A DNA stretch of 62,432 nucleotides from Gammaproteobacteria bacterium. Lineage in GTDB: Bacteria; Pseudomonadota; Gammaproteobacteria; GCA-002705445; GCA-002716945. The first letter of the stretch is position 1. Every line of letters begins with the position of its first letter. This document shows, in pieces, positions 17,834 through 27,700 of this stretch. The notes beneath the pieces are model-generated. The model made no database searches and was not told the DNA's origin. It saw only the letters and a list, made by a program, of their open reading frames with translations. The translations under genes were made by a program, and so were the position numbers. Where the stretch lies: positions 1 through 62,432 of the forward strand of contig CBFHLA010000001.1 of the NCBI GenBank assembly GCA_965656575.1. Direction: 5' to 3'.

Positions 17834-18850
17834 ATGGAAGATTACACTATTGTTGAAAAATACCAACAGGCAAAAAAACAAACTGTTGCAATACGTCCTT
17901 TTTTTAATCCTAATAAAGAAAACATGGGGTTAGAACAATACGGACTTGCATTACATGATGGAGTTTATCATGAAGAGTCATTAGCATGTCTAGAAATGAA
18001 TGGAGTAAAAAGATATGTAACAGGTTTGAATGAATTTGCACCTGAAGTTAAAATGTTAGCACCAAAAGAAAAAAAGGCTAAGATTAAAGAAATAAGAAAA
18101 GTAGTTTCTGAACTTGAAGCTGAATTAGCAGCAAATGTTGTTGATCCGGATAGTCCAACTTTTTGGAATGATTTACAAATCATGCGTCCTGATAATTCTA
18201 AATTTTGGGATAAGATTTCAATTAAATGTGGTAATGATCCAGTTTTTTTAGATCCAGATTTAGATCCATATGATAAAATTAAAATCTATGCTATAAAAGC
18301 AGGAGGATTTTCAATTGTAGCTAAATCTCTTAAAGAGGCAAAATCAAGCCCAAAGGGTGTTAAGTTTTACTTGGATACATTAGAAGAAAGTTTAACTACT
18401 AGAACTGAGTTAACAAAAATTAGAAATAAAGCATTAGTAGAGCTACAAAAAATGTTTGATGAAAACACTACTAAATTAATGTACGTTTCTAAAATTTGTG
18501 ATACAAACAGTTCACAATATACTAAGTCAACACCAAATGATATTTTATATGAAAATATGGATGATTATATTAATGGTGCTGGTACAGAGTCTAACAAACG
18601 AAGAGCTGCTCAAAACTTTTTAGATGTATCTACATTATCTATGGAAGAAATTAAAATAAGAGCGTTAATTAAAGATGCTTTGTTTTATAGATTTATTGCA
18701 ACAAAAGCAGGTGGTTGGATTGAACCTTTAGACAGTGGTGTAAGAATGGGTAAATCACCATCAGAATGCTTAACATTTTTAATGGATCCAGAAAATGAAG
18801 AAACACTTCTTTCTATCCTTGACAAAGTTGAACCATATTGGAACTCATAA
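17834..18850 (+). CDS. hypothetical structural-module protein (338 aa)
   Basis: ORF track and position; no motif. Confidence 0.55.
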   Translation: MEDYTIVEKYQQAKKQTVAIRPFFNPNKENMGLEQYGLALHDGVYHEESLACLEMNGVKRYVTGLNEFAPEVKMLAPKEKKAKIKEIRKVVSELEAELAANVVDPDSPTFWNDLQIMRPDNSKFWDKISIKCGNDPVFLDPDLDPYDKIKIYAIKAGGFSIVAKSLKEAKSSPKGVKFYLDTLEESLTTRTELTKIRNKALVELQKMFDENTTKLMYVSKICDTNSSQYTKSTPNDILYENMDDYINGAGTESNKRRAAQNFLDVSTLSMEEIKIRALIKDALFYRFIATKAGGWIEPLDSGVRMGKSPSECLTFLMDPENEETLLSILDKVEPYWNS

Positions 18851-18861
18851 AGTAAAGTAAA

Positions 18862-19563
18862 ATGGATAATAACACTCTTTTAATAAAGCTAAAACAAAGA
18901 CTTAATAAACTTGATAGTCAAGATTATGATAATATTGAGTGTTGGCAATTTATTGAAGCTTTTAATAAAGCTCAATTAGAGTGGTGTAGAAGAAATTTGC
19001 ATGGTGGAAATATGTATAAGGAAGGAGATGAACTATCTAAAAAAAGAATAGATGATCTCCAACCTTTACTTATTGAACATTCATTAACAGGAACTGTTAC
19101 AGATGATTATTTTGAAACAAATAATTTTCCTGCAGAAGAATATCTTGAATTTAAAAAAGTTACTACAAAAGCAAAAGATGATTGTTGCAATCCAAGATCA
19201 ATGACTGTATATTTAGCTGAAGAAGCTAATGTAGAATTAATAATGAGAGATCCTCTTAAAAATCCTAGTTTTGAATGGGGAGAAACATTTTGCACTATGA
19301 TAAATAATACTATTAGGATTTACAGAAAAGATTTTGATATTGTACAGCCGGTATTAACTTATTATAGAAAACCAACATATATACAAATTGCAGATTGTGT
19401 TGACCCATACACAGGAAATGTTAGTACAGCTGATGTTGATTGTGAATTTAAAGATGATTTAGTAGAAGTAATCTTAGATGATACTGCTGCATTAATTGCT
19501 GGAGATATTGAAAATTTATATCAACAACAAAGAGGCATGCAATCAGCAGAAAGAAATAATTAA
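18862..19563 (+). CDS. hypothetical structural-module protein (233 aa)
   Basis: ORF track and position; no motif. Confidence 0.55.
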   Translation: MDNNTLLIKLKQRLNKLDSQDYDNIECWQFIEAFNKAQLEWCRRNLHGGNMYKEGDELSKKRIDDLQPLLIEHSLTGTVTDDYFETNNFPAEEYLEFKKVTTKAKDDCCNPRSMTVYLAEEANVELIMRDPLKNPSFEWGETFCTMINNTIRIYRKDFDIVQPVLTYYRKPTYIQIADCVDPYTGNVSTADVDCEFKDDLVEVILDDTAALIAGDIENLYQQQRGMQSAERNN

Positions 19564-19565
19564 TT

Positions 19566-20045
19566 ATGGATCAAACAAGAACATTAGCAAAGAAAGTTTC
19601 TGGTACTAAACTTAAGAGAAAATCTACTTTAGAGAGTACGCAAACCAGGTCTGCTGAAATGCAAAAAATAGATGCTATGACAGCAAGTGTAGTTCAAGAA
19701 TTAATGAATGCTTCAACAAGTTTTCATAAATTACATCTTCAAGTCAGAGGTGATGGTTCTTATGCTCAACATAAAGCTTTAAATGAAGTTTATGATGCTT
19801 TACCTGATTTAGCTGATACTATTGCTGAAGGATATCAAGGAGCATGTGAAGTTATTTTAGCTTATGAATCTGAAGGTCTTGCTATCCTTAATTCTGTTGA
19901 TGATGCAATAGAATATATGAGAGAAATAAAAATGCAAGTTGATGAGTTACAAGCAGTGATGCCACACTCAGAAATTGTTAATAATTTAGATCTTGTAAAA
20001 GATGCAATTAACTCTGCAAAATACAAGTTATTATTTTTGAGTTAG
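19566..20045 (+). CDS. dps: Dps-like mini-ferritin (159 aa)
   Basis: KLHLQVRGDGSYAQHKALNEVYDALPDLADTIAEG has H-x12-H-x14-D-x3-E. This is the same spacing as the E. coli Dps ferroxidase ligands (H51, H63, D78, E82; AHWNMRG...VHE...DTMAER). Confidence 0.65.
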   Translation: MDQTRTLAKKVSGTKLKRKSTLESTQTRSAEMQKIDAMTASVVQELMNASTSFHKLHLQVRGDGSYAQHKALNEVYDALPDLADTIAEGYQGACEVILAYESEGLAILNSVDDAIEYMREIKMQVDELQAVMPHSEIVNNLDLVKDAINSAKYKLLFLS

Positions 20046-20065
20046 TTTGTTTTTACAGATAAAAA

Positions 20066-20083
20066 TTGTATATTATTATTGTA
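20066..20083 (+). promoter_or_regulatory. recurrent intergenic motif TTGTATATTATTATTGTA (copy 1)
   Basis: An 18-mer identical to 29454-29471. Followed by the dyad TGTAACacgttGTTACA (20080-20096). Lies upstream of ATG 20172. Confidence 0.45.
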
Positions 20084-20171
20084 ACACGTTGTTACACCAG
20101 AGTAAACTGTTTCAAATCAAATTATTTATTAACTAGCGGGGGTAATGGTCCCTGCATAAATTTTATTTATT

Positions 20172-21656
20172 ATGGCTTATTTTAATCACGCGTTTAACAA
20201 AACGTTTATTGCAGACAGCACATTATTGACTGCTGGTACTGCTACAAATGCTTTGACTGCTGGTCAGTTGGCTTTGGTTGATGGAGCGGATTGGGAATCA
20301 GTAGCCCTTCCAGGTGGAGCAAATGTACCTGCACTTACAACTGGAGAGCTTGCTTACCTAGTTCAAGGTTCATTCTATTCTAAAGACACTATTGGAAACA
20401 ATCCTGGACATGGCGGTTACAAAGAATCTGTAAAATCTAAAGGACTTAACCCTAGATATATTACAAGATTGTGGAAAACAAACTGTCTTACTGCAACTCA
20501 ATCAACAGCTAGTCTTTCTTTGGCTTCTGATTGTGCTCCTTGTGGAAAAACACAATTTATGAGAATTGATGTGAAAGGTTCACCTGCACTTAGATTCTTA
20601 AATCACAACGCATACTCTATTGGAGATTCAGCAAATGTATGCTGCATTGATGGTCAAGAATTTATTGACCCTGCTGTAGTTGCTGCTACAATGTCTAAAA
20701 TGGTATTAGCTAATCCGCTAATTAAACCTTTTGTTGCAGAAGCTGATCTTGATGCTGTTAAAACTTCAACACTTTCTGCTGCAGGTACAGGTTATGCTGT
20801 AGCTGATGCTGTTGCAACTACTGGTGGTACTGGTAGCGGATTTGCAATTAACGTTCTTACTCTAGGAACTAGTGATGCAATTGATACTTATTCTGTATCT
20901 GCTGCTGGATCTGGTTATGCTGCAGGAGATGTTCTTACTGTAGATGCAGGTAACGGAGATGCTGAAATTACTGTTGACACTGTTTCTGAAGGTGGTGTAA
21001 TTATTTCTGTTACTACTGGAACTCAAGTTGTACAAGAAGTATATACTATTGAACAAACACTAGGTGAAGCTGCTTCTGGAAACTATACTCCTTCAACTGA
21101 TCCAAATGGTACTTCTAAAGTAAGTGCAAAAGTAAACTATGTTGGAGCATATGTTGATACTGTATTTGGTAACTGTTCTTTTGATACTAGAGATCATTTT
21201 AATGCAGAGCCTGTTGAAATTATTGTATCTTTACTTGATGAGACTGGTAACCCATGTAATGATTGTGGTGTTGCAACAAACACTCCAGGTTCAATGCAAC
21301 AAACTCAAGGTGAGCAAGTAATTAGAGATTTAATTCTTTCTGAAAGATACCGTCAAAGTCCTTTTAGTCAAGGAGCTAAAGATAGTTCAAGAATAAGAGA
21401 GATTGAAATGTCTTCTGAGATTCTTGCTGCTGTAGATAGAACTGCTACGTATAGAGCTTATTATGTACAACATTCTGTACCAAGATTCAACAACCCAACA
21501 GGTGTTTTTGATAATGATCAGTATGTTTACACGATCTATGTAAAATGTTCTGATACTGCTGCTCAAGGACAGCTAGATGATCTATTTGAAGGTCTTCAAG
21601 CATGGGCTGGAGACAATGGTAATAAGATTGCTATTGAAGATAACGCTGTTTGGTAA
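20172..21656 (+). CDS. abundant virion structural protein candidate (494 aa; second capsid/decoration candidate)
   Basis: It has its own promoter-like motif and a strong terminator. Contains an internal duplicated AG(T/S)GYA(V/A)xD...T..G.G segment. Confidence 0.5.
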   Translation: MAYFNHAFNKTFIADSTLLTAGTATNALTAGQLALVDGADWESVALPGGANVPALTTGELAYLVQGSFYSKDTIGNNPGHGGYKESVKSKGLNPRYITRLWKTNCLTATQSTASLSLASDCAPCGKTQFMRIDVKGSPALRFLNHNAYSIGDSANVCCIDGQEFIDPAVVAATMSKMVLANPLIKPFVAEADLDAVKTSTLSAAGTGYAVADAVATTGGTGSGFAINVLTLGTSDAIDTYSVSAAGSGYAAGDVLTVDAGNGDAEITVDTVSEGGVIISVTTGTQVVQEVYTIEQTLGEAASGNYTPSTDPNGTSKVSAKVNYVGAYVDTVFGNCSFDTRDHFNAEPVEIIVSLLDETGNPCNDCGVATNTPGSMQQTQGEQVIRDLILSERYRQSPFSQGAKDSSRIREIEMSSEILAAVDRTATYRAYYVQHSVPRFNNPTGVFDNDQYVYTIYVKCSDTAAQGQLDDLFEGLQAWAGDNGNKIAIEDNAVW

Positions 21657-21676
21657 TATAACAAACATTTAATTTT

Positions 21677-21712
21677 AAAAAGGGTAGGGTTAATCTCCTA
21701 CCTTTTTTATTT
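21677..21712 (+). terminator. intrinsic terminator
   Basis: GGTAGG-gttaatct-CCTACC followed by TTTTTTATTTT. Confidence 0.75.
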
Positions 21713-21730
21713 TATATTCTCTAGTTTTTT

Positions 21731-21742
21731 TTGTATATTATT
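21731..21742 (+). promoter_or_regulatory. recurrent motif TTGTATATTATT (copy 2)
   Basis: Immediately after the terminator, 39 nt upstream of ATG 21770. Confidence 0.4.
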
Positions 21743-21769
21743 TATATAGTATTTATAAATTAAACTGAG

Positions 21770-22348
21770 ATGGCAGATAGACATATATTAAGCTTAGAAA
21801 TACCAACAGTATCTAATTGTAACCTATTATGTATAAAAGATACAAGTCAGTATTCTAAAGACTTAGCTGTTGACTGTGAGGAATTGTTAATAACTCTTCC
21901 TGGATATACTGTTCCGGTACTTATAAATGTAGATAAAGATTTTGACATGTGTTTGACAGCATGTACATTAGCTTTACAAAAAGAAAATTGTGGTACTAAA
22001 CAAGAAAATATACCAGATGGTATTTATATTATAAGATATAGTGTATCACCAAACTCAAAGGTTTATGTGGAATATAATCATTTGAGAGTAACAAAACTAC
22101 TTACACAGTATTATGAGGTTTTGTGTGATTTAGATGTAAAACCTTGCCAACCAGATACTGACAAAGCTACTCTTTTGGCAGAGATGCATTATATAAAAAC
22201 TATGATTGATGCTGCAGTTTCAAATGTAGAATATTGTCAATCATCAGCACAAGGAATGCAAATTTATAATTATGCTAAAGAAAGATTAAATAAGATAACT
22301 TGTCCAACAGGTAACTGTGGTTCAAAAGAAAATTATTATGTAGTATAA
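21770..22348 (+). CDS. hypothetical Cys-containing structural-module protein (192 aa)
   Basis: ORF track; no motif. Confidence 0.55.
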   Translation: MADRHILSLEIPTVSNCNLLCIKDTSQYSKDLAVDCEELLITLPGYTVPVLINVDKDFDMCLTACTLALQKENCGTKQENIPDGIYIIRYSVSPNSKVYVEYNHLRVTKLLTQYYEVLCDLDVKPCQPDTDKATLLAEMHYIKTMIDAAVSNVEYCQSSAQGMQIYNYAKERLNKITCPTGNCGSKENYYVV

Positions 22349-22368
22349 ATTAATTAAACCAACAAATT

Positions 22369-22539
22369 ATGAGTAATTGTGTAAAATGCGGAAAAAGATT
22401 TACATGCGGCTGTCAAAAAACATATGATGAAAACGGTGCTGCAATATGTAAAACTTGCGTAACACCAAAACAAGAAGAAACTAGTAGAAGCTTAAATATG
22501 AATTTAGCTCAACAAAAAATAAATAGTTTGAAAAAATAA
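22369..22539 (+). CDS. small zinc-ribbon-like protein (56 aa, below the track threshold)
   Basis: Hand-translated as MSNCVKCGKRFTCGCQKTYDENGAAICKTCVTPKQEE... (CxxC...CxC...CxxC). It has the AAACCAACAAATT leader and fills the gap 22349-22542. Confidence 0.5.
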   Translation: MSNCVKCGKRFTCGCQKTYDENGAAICKTCVTPKQEETSRSLNMNLAQQKINSLKK

Positions 22540-22542
22540 ATA

Positions 22543-23082
22543 ATGGGCAAACCTATAGAAATATCTAATCAGGAACAAGTAAAGCATGTTGCTTTGATGA
22601 AACAAATCAAAGTTGAACAAAACTTTGCTAACCAAGCTTATGCAAATTTTAAGTCATTAAAGTTTGGTATAGCTTCCTGTTGCTATACAGATTTTCAAAA
22701 TGCTTTGTTACAAAAAGAACTTTGTGATTGGTTGAATAGTAAATCAGATCAAACAGTTGTTGCAACTGAAGAAGCTGGAATATTTGTAGAACCATTGGCA
22801 AGAATTAATACTTCAGCAAGTATATCTTGCCCAGCTACACCAACCAATGTTTGTACTGTCTTAGACTTAGAAGAAATATTAGCAAATGATGCAACATTTA
22901 CAAAATGCTTTGAAAGTGCTGCACAAGTTTGGAATATAAATCATAATCTTGGAGAGTATCCATCTGTAACAGTAGTTGATTTAGATAATAATGTTGTAGT
23001 TGGTGAAGTAGATTATTTAAACACTAATCAAATACGTGTATCATTTAGCAGACCATTTGCTGGATGTGCATTTTTAAATTAA
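22543..23082 (+). CDS. hypothetical protein (179 aa)
   Basis: ORF track; no motif. Confidence 0.55.
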   Translation: MGKPIEISNQEQVKHVALMKQIKVEQNFANQAYANFKSLKFGIASCCYTDFQNALLQKELCDWLNSKSDQTVVATEEAGIFVEPLARINTSASISCPATPTNVCTVLDLEEILANDATFTKCFESAAQVWNINHNLGEYPSVTVVDLDNNVVVGEVDYLNTNQIRVSFSRPFAGCAFLN

Positions 23083-23107
23083 TATGTATATATAAAACAA
23101 AAATAAA

Positions 23108-24649
23108 ATGGCTTTACAATTTTTAACAGGGATAGATGTTGATGGTAATATTTCCTTATTAAACTCAGCAGAAATAAAAGCGGCTAGGATAGATAACCTT
23201 ACCGGTGATCCTACTGGCACAAGTGGTAGAATTTATTTTAACACGGGTACAAGTAAATTGAGACTATATGATGGTTCTCAATGGGTTGATATTACTACTG
23301 GAGCAGATGATGATACAACTTATGATTTATCTGGATATGGTGGTGCTAATGGTGCATCAGGTATTCAATTGGTTGGCTCAGATGCTACTACAGATCAAGT
23401 TGCAATTACAGGTACAGGAAATACTACAGTTACAAGAAGTGGTAATACTCTTACAGTAAATAGTAGTGATTCATTTGTAGGTACAGTAACTTCTGTAAGT
23501 GGAGGTGATGGTATTGTTATTACAGGAACATCCACGGTTAATCCTACAGTAAATGTAGATTATGCGGGTGCAGATAACTTTATTTTAACAGCAGCTGGGG
23601 CTACTCCAGCATCTGGAAATTTTCTAGTTTTTTCTGATTCTAGTTCAAATGTTAAATCTGCCGCTACAACAAGTTTTACATTAAACATGTGGGGTGCTCC
23701 AACAGCTGATTTAAGCATTGGATCTCAAAAACTTACAAATGTTGCAACAGGTACAGCTGGAACAGATGGTGTTAACTTAGCACAAGTACAATCACTTGTA
23801 GCTGGAGTTGGTGTATTCCAAGGAGGATATGATGCAACAAATGATCCCGGAACACCAAATATTAGTGGAGCAAGTAACGTTGCTTTAACTACAGGTGACT
23901 TTTACGTTGTAACTGCAGATGGTGATATTACATTCAGTGATACAACAGTTACTGTAGAAGTGGGTGATTTAATATTTGCAAATTCAAATATTTCTGCAAA
24001 CTCTAACCCTGCATCTACGGATTATACAATTGTAATTCAAGATCAAAATATTGCAGGTACAGGTGCAACTGATGGTGCAACAGAAAAAGGTGTTGCTGGA
24101 TTTAGTAGTGCTTCATTTGATGCAACAGTAAATGGGTTTATTACAATTAAAGCCGGTGGTATTAGTGATGCACAGTTAGCAAGTACATTTAACAAAATTA
24201 TTGGTACTGATTCAGATATTGATACAGACGGTATTACTGTTATTGATCAAATAAACATGACTGATGGTGTAATTCAATCATTCAGTACAAGATCATTACC
24301 GGATGCAACAACAACTACAAAAGGTGTAACTCAAATTGCTACTCAAGCTGAAGTAGATGCTGGAACAGATACATTTAAATATGTTACACCGGCAACATTA
24401 GCTGCTTCAGTTAATAGTCAAGGTTATAGTGAAACCTTTCCAAGTACAACAACTAATACACATTCAGTTAGTGCTGCAACACACGGACTAGGTACAGGGC
24501 CATTTATTGTACAGATTTATAATGCAACAACAGGTGTACAACTTTATTTAGATAATACAGCAAATCCATCTACAGGTGCTATTTCATTGTCATGGACAAC
24601 ATCTGTGGCTGCAAATACTTATAGAGTAAATATTCTAAAAGTAAATTAA
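23108..24649 (+). CDS. tail-fibre-like protein (513 aa)
   Basis: G/T/S/A-rich beta-type composition. The N-terminus MALQF..DVDG resembles that of the next fibre gene (MAIQF..DVNG). Confidence 0.55.
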   Translation: MALQFLTGIDVDGNISLLNSAEIKAARIDNLTGDPTGTSGRIYFNTGTSKLRLYDGSQWVDITTGADDDTTYDLSGYGGANGASGIQLVGSDATTDQVAITGTGNTTVTRSGNTLTVNSSDSFVGTVTSVSGGDGIVITGTSTVNPTVNVDYAGADNFILTAAGATPASGNFLVFSDSSSNVKSAATTSFTLNMWGAPTADLSIGSQKLTNVATGTAGTDGVNLAQVQSLVAGVGVFQGGYDATNDPGTPNISGASNVALTTGDFYVVTADGDITFSDTTVTVEVGDLIFANSNISANSNPASTDYTIVIQDQNIAGTGATDGATEKGVAGFSSASFDATVNGFITIKAGGISDAQLASTFNKIIGTDSDIDTDGITVIDQINMTDGVIQSFSTRSLPDATTTTKGVTQIATQAEVDAGTDTFKYVTPATLAASVNSQGYSETFPSTTTNTHSVSAATHGLGTGPFIVQIYNATTGVQLYLDNTANPSTGAISLSWTTSVAANTYRVNILKVN

Positions 24650-24652
24650 TTT

Positions 24653-24663
24653 TTGTAAATTTA
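24653..24663 (+). promoter_or_regulatory. variant of the recurrent motif (TTGTAAATTTA)
   Basis: Here it precedes, rather than follows, the hairpin at 24665-24693. Confidence 0.3.
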
Positions 24664-24664
24664 C

Positions 24665-24700
24665 GGGGAGATTTATTTTAGATAGATCTCCCCTTAAAAT
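24665..24700 (+). terminator. terminator-like hairpin
   Basis: GGGGAGAT-13 nt-ATCTCCCC, then TTAAAATTTT (an interrupted T-run). Confidence 0.55.
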
Positions 24701-24714
24701 TTTATATTAGAAAT

Positions 24715-27700
24715 ATGGCAATTCAATTTGAATCTTCATTAGACGTTAACGGTAAATTTACACTAGGCAGCGCCTTTGTGCCCACATCAACAGAGCAAGA
24801 AAATCTGATAAATATAATTGTAGGCACAAATAGCAATGGTTCTCAAAACGGCATTGCTTTTTACGAAAATTCAGGTGGTTATGGAATGAAATTAGGCTAT
24901 GATGGCGCAGGCAGTGGCGCCTCTAACGCTTTAAGAATTTACGATGCCAATGATGCCGCCTTCGTTACTTTTCAAAACGGTGGCAATGTTGGTATTGGAA
25001 CACTTATTCCGGCTTACAAATTAGATGTAAACGGTGCTTTACATTCATCTAATATTACTATAGCAGATTATATTATACATGAGGGAGATACAACTACGTA
25101 TGCGGGTTTTGGAGGAGCTGATTACTTTACGGTAGCAACAGACGGGACTGACAGACTGCAAGTTTATAATACAGGGGTATTTGTTAGTACACCTTTATAC
25201 GTTGCTGACAAAATTGCACATACTGGCGATTCGAACACCTATATGTCATTTCCTTCTAATGATAACATTAGCTGGTATACTAATGGAAGTGCAAGAATGC
25301 ACATTGATTCAAGCGGCAACGTAGGTATCGGGACGACTAACCCTGAGCAAAAATTACACGTGGCTGGTAATATGCGATTGCAAAATCAGCTGTATGATTC
25401 AACTAATTCTCAAGGAACATTGGGGCAAGTACTTTCTAAAGTATCAGCTGGTACACAATGGATTGATGGGTCAGCTATATCAGGCGTCCCAGATGGATCA
25501 GGTACTGCAAACTACACAGCTAGGTGGACAGATACAGACACACTGGGCACAGGTGTTTTATATGATAACGGAACAAACGTAGGGATCGGGACGACTAGTC
25601 CTAGTGCAACATTAGATGTTAATGGAGCTGGTAATTTTTCAGGAGGTACAGTTGTTTCTGGAATTGATACAACCACAAATGTAGGTTTAGCAATAGCAAA
25701 AGGAGATTATCTATATTCCAATGATGGAAATTATTTAAGAAGATTAATTGGACAACAATCAGGAGGGTCTATAGATATCGGCCAGCAAGGCACGGGTTTA
25801 ATTGGTAATATAAACTTTTTCCCAGGAACAAGTGGTAATATTATATTTTATGCTAGCGGCTCTGAAAATATGCGTGTAGCCTCCTCAGGCAACGTAGGTA
25901 TAGGAACAACTAATCCTACAGAAAAATTACATATTGCAGACACTAATGCTCCAACAATTAGATTGCAGGTTACAAGCCCAGGACAATATCCTGTCTACGG
26001 TAAAATAGACACGGGGAATGGGTTTTTAACATGGGCTAATGTTACTCTACCAGGTCAAATTATTGGTAGCAGATGGCAATTTACAGGTCCTCCACTTTCA
26101 GGAAGAGGTGATACTTATATAAATTTGCACGACACAAATGGCATTGATGTTATAGTAAAGGATTCCCAAGTAGTTAAAATTGAAGATGGAGGCAACGTAG
26201 GTATCGGAACAACGAGTCCTTCTGCTAAGTTAGATGTAAGCGGAACTGTTAACGCTTCTCAGGGTTATTCAACTAACAACACATCAAGAAAATATTTTTG
26301 GAAAACAGATAACACTGGTAATAGTGGTAATATTTGGAAAAAAATAGGTACATACAACTCAGATGGGCAGTCATCAAGAATAATGATTACAGCAACAGGT
26401 ACAACCAGTTATGGTGCTGGAACTAAGCCTGGTAAAATGACTATCATTGCACAGGTAAATAATAATAATTTACTTGAAGGTTCTTTTTGGCAAGAAGGTA
26501 TGGCTGGGCAGTATGGCGATGTTGGATTTGTTTCTAATAGTGCTACAAGTCACGATATTTATTATCAAGTAGGTTCATACGCAGAGTATGCTTATGAAGC
26601 TATTGTTTCAGACGGTACATTCACAACGGATAGTACAACAGTATCTACACCTTCATTTACACATCAACCAGAAAGGAATTGGAACGTTAATAATAATTTA
26701 CTTGTTAATTCATCAGGTAACGTTGGTATTGGAACAACTAATCCTAGTTACACTTTAGACGTTAACGGTTCATTACATTCAACAAACCTTACTATAGCTG
26801 ACGCTATTTACCACGAAGGAGATGGTAACACTTACATTCAATTTGTAGCTAATGATACAATAAGATGGGTTACAAGTGGTGCGGAGAGAATGAGATTAAA
26901 TTCCTCTGGCAACGTTGGGATTGGGACAACGAATCCTGATAGTAAGCTTCATGTTTTAGACACTCTACCTAAATTTGAAATCCAATCTGACAACCTTTAT
27001 CCTGACGCGTATATTGATTTTACGAGCAGCTTAGGTAATAACGTTAGTAGAATATACAGCTATTCTAACCCAGGTGGCTCTGGATTAGATCTTTCATATG
27101 AAGGTTTTGGAATAACATCAAATTCCTCTAGAATACAGCTAAAAAATGGGTTTATGTATTTTTCAACAGCAGGATCTATTAGGGCAGCTATATTATCTAA
27201 CGGTAACGTAGGAATAGGAACAACTAATCCTACTACAAAGTTGCATGTTGAAGGCAACGTGTTGTTTAGTAGTAATTTACGCATTGGTGGTAGCAACACT
27301 TTTAAATCTTGTACTTATGGAGCTCAAAACGGTTTAGTTGTTGGGCAAAATAATGTATTAGGGGGAATTGCCAATGGGATTGTAGGTGTTGGCAACACTA
27401 TAGAATGTACAGCAGAACCCTGGAACTCTTTTGGTGGTAATTTTGTTGCTGGAAGAAACAATACTATAAACAATCAGTATTCGCATGCAAATGCTGTGTT
27501 TGGGCAAGATAATACAGTTGGTGACCCAACCAATAGTATGAATAATGTTGCTGGTACTTTAGTAAGCGGTATTTTTCATTCTACATTTGGAGATAATTCT
27601 TTTGCTTTTGGAGAATCTTGTTTTACAGATATTTATGCGGATCGTTCATTGACAGGTGGTTATGATTCAAACAACTTTGGTGGATTTGGTAGTGTAGCAA

